Below are positions 61,222 to 64,000 of a stretch of 64,000 bases of DNA, piece after piece. The DNA lies in contig CAWIIB010000009.1 of NCBI GenBank assembly GCA_963836075.1, forward strand, positions 1,920,001 to 1,984,000, given 5' to 3'. The translations under genes were made by a program, and so were the position numbers. Positions within the stretch are counted from its first letter, which is position 1; each line of letters starts with the position of its first letter. Origin of the DNA: an uncultured Acidobacteriota bacterium. GTDB taxonomy: Bacteria > Acidobacteriota > JAQAZP01. The notes beneath the pieces are model-generated. The model did no database searches. It was not told the DNA's origin and saw only the letters and a program-made list of their open reading frames with translations.

Positions 61222-63006
61222 TCATGGTGCAATGGCGGTGACCGTCACGTTCGCACTGTCCGTATCTCCTGACGGCATATAGGGCGGCTGGTTGTACGGC
61301 GCCTGGGTCACGTCTTCCAGCTCCAGGGTGAAGCCGTTGTGCCCGATCATCGAGCTGATGGCGGGGATGGTGCTGTACCAGGACACGTTGAAAGCTTCCC
61401 CCGGCGAAAGCGTGGTGGATCCCGCACGCCAGTTGTTGACCTGTGAGCCGTTGGCCAGCAGGATGTTCATCCGCCCCGCCACCCGCCGGAACTGGTCGTC
61501 CAGCAGGTTGTACATCGTGGCCCGGAACCGGGTGCTGAAGGGCGCCGTGCCCGAGCAGGGCAGGCAGCCCAGGGCGGCGTTGATGGTTCCCAGGCCGCCG
61601 AGAAAGCCGTTGGCGTCGACCCACTGGGCGTAGATGTCCGTATCGACTCCAGAGCGTTCGTCGGACCAGGTGATGATCGCTCCACCCGACCCGTCACTGG
61701 CCACCCTGGACCAGTATTGGTCTTCGACTGCACTGCAGATCGGGATGCCGTTGGCGGCCCAGTGGGTGTTGCCGAACCAGTCCACGTGCTGGGCGTAGAT
61801 GTCCAGTGCGCCTGACGTGAAGCGATCGTCCGTCCAGGAGATGATTACGCCGTCGTTTTCATTCCGTGCGATAGACGGGTCAGATTGGTCATTGAATGCG
61901 CCGCAGACCTGGATCCCCCCTGCGAGCCAGCGCTGCCCGCCGTTGGTGTTGATCCTTTGTGCGTAAATGTCAGCATCCCCGTTGCGGTTGTCCAGCCAGG
62001 CGAAGACCGCTCCACCAGTGTCATCCGGAACCACTTCGATATATTGGCCGTTGTCATTGGCCGCACTTACCGGTACCCCGTCCACAGCCCACTGAACGGT
62101 CCCGTCCGTGCCGATCTTTTGCGCGTAGACTCTGTATTCCAGCGGAACGGGATCGCCCACCCAGCCGATGATTGCTCCACCGGTGCTCGCGCTGACGATC
62201 CGGTGCCATTGCTGGTCTCCCGCGGCGGTACAGATCGCCACGCCGCCGGCCGTCCACTGGGGCACACCGGAACCGTCGATCCGCTGGGCATAGATGTCGT
62301 AATTCGAGGCGCGATTGTCTACCCAGGTGATGATGGCGCCCCCGGCCCCGTCGTTTGTCAGCAAAGGGTCGTATTGGCCCTCGGCTTCCGTGCAGATCGG
62401 AACACCGTCGGTTGTCCATTGAACCACTCCGAAGCGGTCCACCCGCTGAACATAGATGTCGCGGTCGTTGGTTTCGTTGTCGCGTGAGTCATCCCAGGCG
62501 ATGATCGCGCCACCGGCACCATCGCTTATCAGCCTTGGATCATACTGGATTGACCCAGCCGAGCAGATCGCCACGCCGTCGGCGGTCCAGAGAAGCATTC
62601 CGCCGGCGCTCACTCGCTGGGCATAGATATCGGCAGGGGACGTCGGCCCACCATACCAGGTGATGATCGCACCGCCGGTGCCGTCGCTCACCAGAGCCAT
62701 CTCGTAGTTGATGTAGCCTGCGTTATAGATCGAGACACCGTCTGGGGCCCACAACTCATTCCCCTCGGAGTCCAGTCGCTGGGCAAAGATCTCACAGTCC
62801 AACCCTGATCCGAAGCGCTCGTCCCGCCAGCAGAGGATCGTGCCGCCGGCCCCGTCACCGATGCTCCACATGTATTTCTGGTCCCCGATCTCGGTGCAGA
62901 CCGGGGTGTTCACGGTGGGGTCCTGGGACCAGGCCGCAACCGCCGGCACTGCGCACATACCGGTAAGGATGACGATGATGATCATTGTGATGGCATTGAG
63001 TTTCAC
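61222..63006 (-). CDS. Secreted repeat (beta-propeller-like) protein with a distinct C-terminal domain
   Basis: About 8 repeats of DGxGGAIIxWxDxR..DIYAQR; signal peptide; RBS GGAGGAG before GTG. Confidence 0.8.
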   Translation of the reverse strand: MKLNAITMIIIVILTGMCAVPAVAAWSQDPTVNTPVCTEIGDQKYMWSIGDGAGGTILCWRDERFGSGLDCEIFAQRLDSEGNELWAPDGVSIYNAGYINYEMALVSDGTGGAIITWYGGPTSPADIYAQRVSAGGMLLWTADGVAICSAGSIQYDPRLISDGAGGAIIAWDDSRDNETNDRDIYVQRVDRFGVVQWTTDGVPICTEAEGQYDPLLTNDGAGGAIITWVDNRASNYDIYAQRIDGSGVPQWTAGGVAICTAAGDQQWHRIVSASTGGAIIGWVGDPVPLEYRVYAQKIGTDGTVQWAVDGVPVSAANDNGQYIEVVPDDTGGAVFAWLDNRNGDADIYAQRINTNGGQRWLAGGIQVCGAFNDQSDPSIARNENDGVIISWTDDRFTSGALDIYAQHVDWFGNTHWAANGIPICSAVEDQYWSRVASDGSGGAIITWSDERSGVDTDIYAQWVDANGFLGGLGTINAALGCLPCSGTAPFSTRFRATMYNLLDDQFRRVAGRMNILLANGSQVNNWRAGSTTLSPGEAFNVSWYSTIPAISSMIGHNGFTLELEDVTQAPYNQPPYMPSGDTDSANVTVTAIAP

Positions 63007-63241
63007 TGCTGGCTCCTCCCTTGATAGAGCATATAAAGGCATGGGCGGTGAGTCCCGAAGAACCGGGATCATTGCCCCTCATACAGATAAGCGACATGGA
63101 GGTGAAAATCCGGACAGGGGATTTTGTGGTTGGATATCAGCCCGGCATTCAGGCCGCTGCCTTTTCTTTCAATATAGGGGTACGTTACGGTAGGAGGCCA
63201 GTGAAAAACCTGCAAATCAGCAGTGTCTGAGAAGCGAATTG

Positions 63242-64000
63242 ATGAAATTCAATGCTTTCCAAAAAAATGTTCTTTTGATCATTATTGTGCTCGGTTTAGC
63301 TCAGGGCCTGTTTTATGCCTGGAATGTGGTGATGACCTCGGACCAGGAGCAGCTGCTGGCCAAGGGCATCAAGCTGGCCTTCTTCGGCCAGTGGGAGCAC
63401 TACGGCAATTTGATCACCAGCGGCGGCAATGTCCCGGGCAGCCTGACCACCTCACTGGTCGGGCTGCCGCTGATGCTGGTGGACAGCCCCATGTCCCCCC
63501 AGGTTCTGGTGGGCCTGCTGCAGCTGGCGAGTCTTCTCCTGTTGATCGGGGCCCTGAAAGGGACATTCACGCCGCTGCAGATCATCGTCTTTGCGGGCCT
63601 GTTCTGGCTTTCGCCCTGGCGGGTCTCAAAAGCGATCCTCTGGAACCCCTCCTGGCTCTTCCTGGCCACGGCGCTTCACCTTTACACCTTTGACCGGCTG
63701 GTCAAGAAACCGAAATCATTCTGGATGAGCTTTCTGCATATCCTGGCCATCGGCTATGCGTTCGAGCTGCACCCGTCAGCGTTGCTGCTGGCGATCATGA
63801 GCGGCTTCCTCTACCTGCGGAAGGTCTTTCGCGTCAACTGGCCAGCGGTTGGCCTGGCCATAATTCTCATCCTGATCTCGCTGGTCCCCTGGTTCATGAC
63901 CCTGCAGGGCAACGAGAGCCTGGCCCCGCTGGTTGATGAGGGGCTGGGGAACTTCCACTACGGCTTCGGATTGACCCACCCCTTTTCACTGCTCAAGGGG
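63242..64000 (+). CDS. Multi-pass membrane protein, GT-C-like (partial, runs off the window)
   Basis: Open frame MKFNAFQK..SDQEQLLAKG..GNVPGSL..WLSPWR..LWNPSWLF..ELHPS; not in the ORF track because it has no stop in the window. Confidence 0.7.
   Translation, partial: MKFNAFQKNVLLIIIVLGLAQGLFYAWNVVMTSDQEQLLAKGIKLAFFGQWEHYGNLITSGGNVPGSLTTSLVGLPLMLVDSPMSPQVLVGLLQLASLLLLIGALKGTFTPLQIIVFAGLFWLSPWRVSKAILWNPSWLFLATALHLYTFDRLVKKPKSFWMSFLHILAIGYAFELHPSALLLAIMSGFLYLRKVFRVNWPAVGLAIILILISLVPWFMTLQGNESLAPLVDEGLGNFHYGFGLTHPFSLLKG

Overview
GC-rich bacterial DNA from a diderm, probably anaerobic or facultative organism; the taxon cannot be fixed from this window. Layout: (1-9 kb) an IS3-type end cutting a DUF748 gene, a sucB/lpdA scar and a cell-envelope cluster (two L,D-transpeptidases, MscS, PliG-like, META and repeat proteins); (9-17 kb) an RpfC-like hybrid kinase, a dipeptidase, a sensorless kinase and two divergent radical SAM genes, one with an apparent N-terminal PAS domain; (17-28 kb) a TroABCD-type metal ABC transporter, PadR, B12 radical SAM, DUF481, MscS and a cytochrome c/beta-barrel fusion plus pentaheme cytochrome; (28-41 kb) hutU, a large acyl-CoA dehydratase activase, a serine hydrolase, an M16 peptidase pair, a 32-Cys secreted protein and a hidden UGA-containing TlpA-like selenoprotein; (41-52 kb) a MacAB-like efflux operon whose permease 3' end occurs three times, bracketing cargo that includes a deleted IS91/ISCR-like element with an outward promoter; (52-64 kb) sulfatase, S9 peptidase, radical SAM, a C25 protease with a circularly permuted PA14 insert, a secreted repeat protein and a partial GT-C-like gene. 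Several single-base frameshifts in otherwise intact genes suggest assembly indel errors. No tRNA, rRNA or CRISPR array was seen. All family calls come from motif recognition by eye, not from searches.
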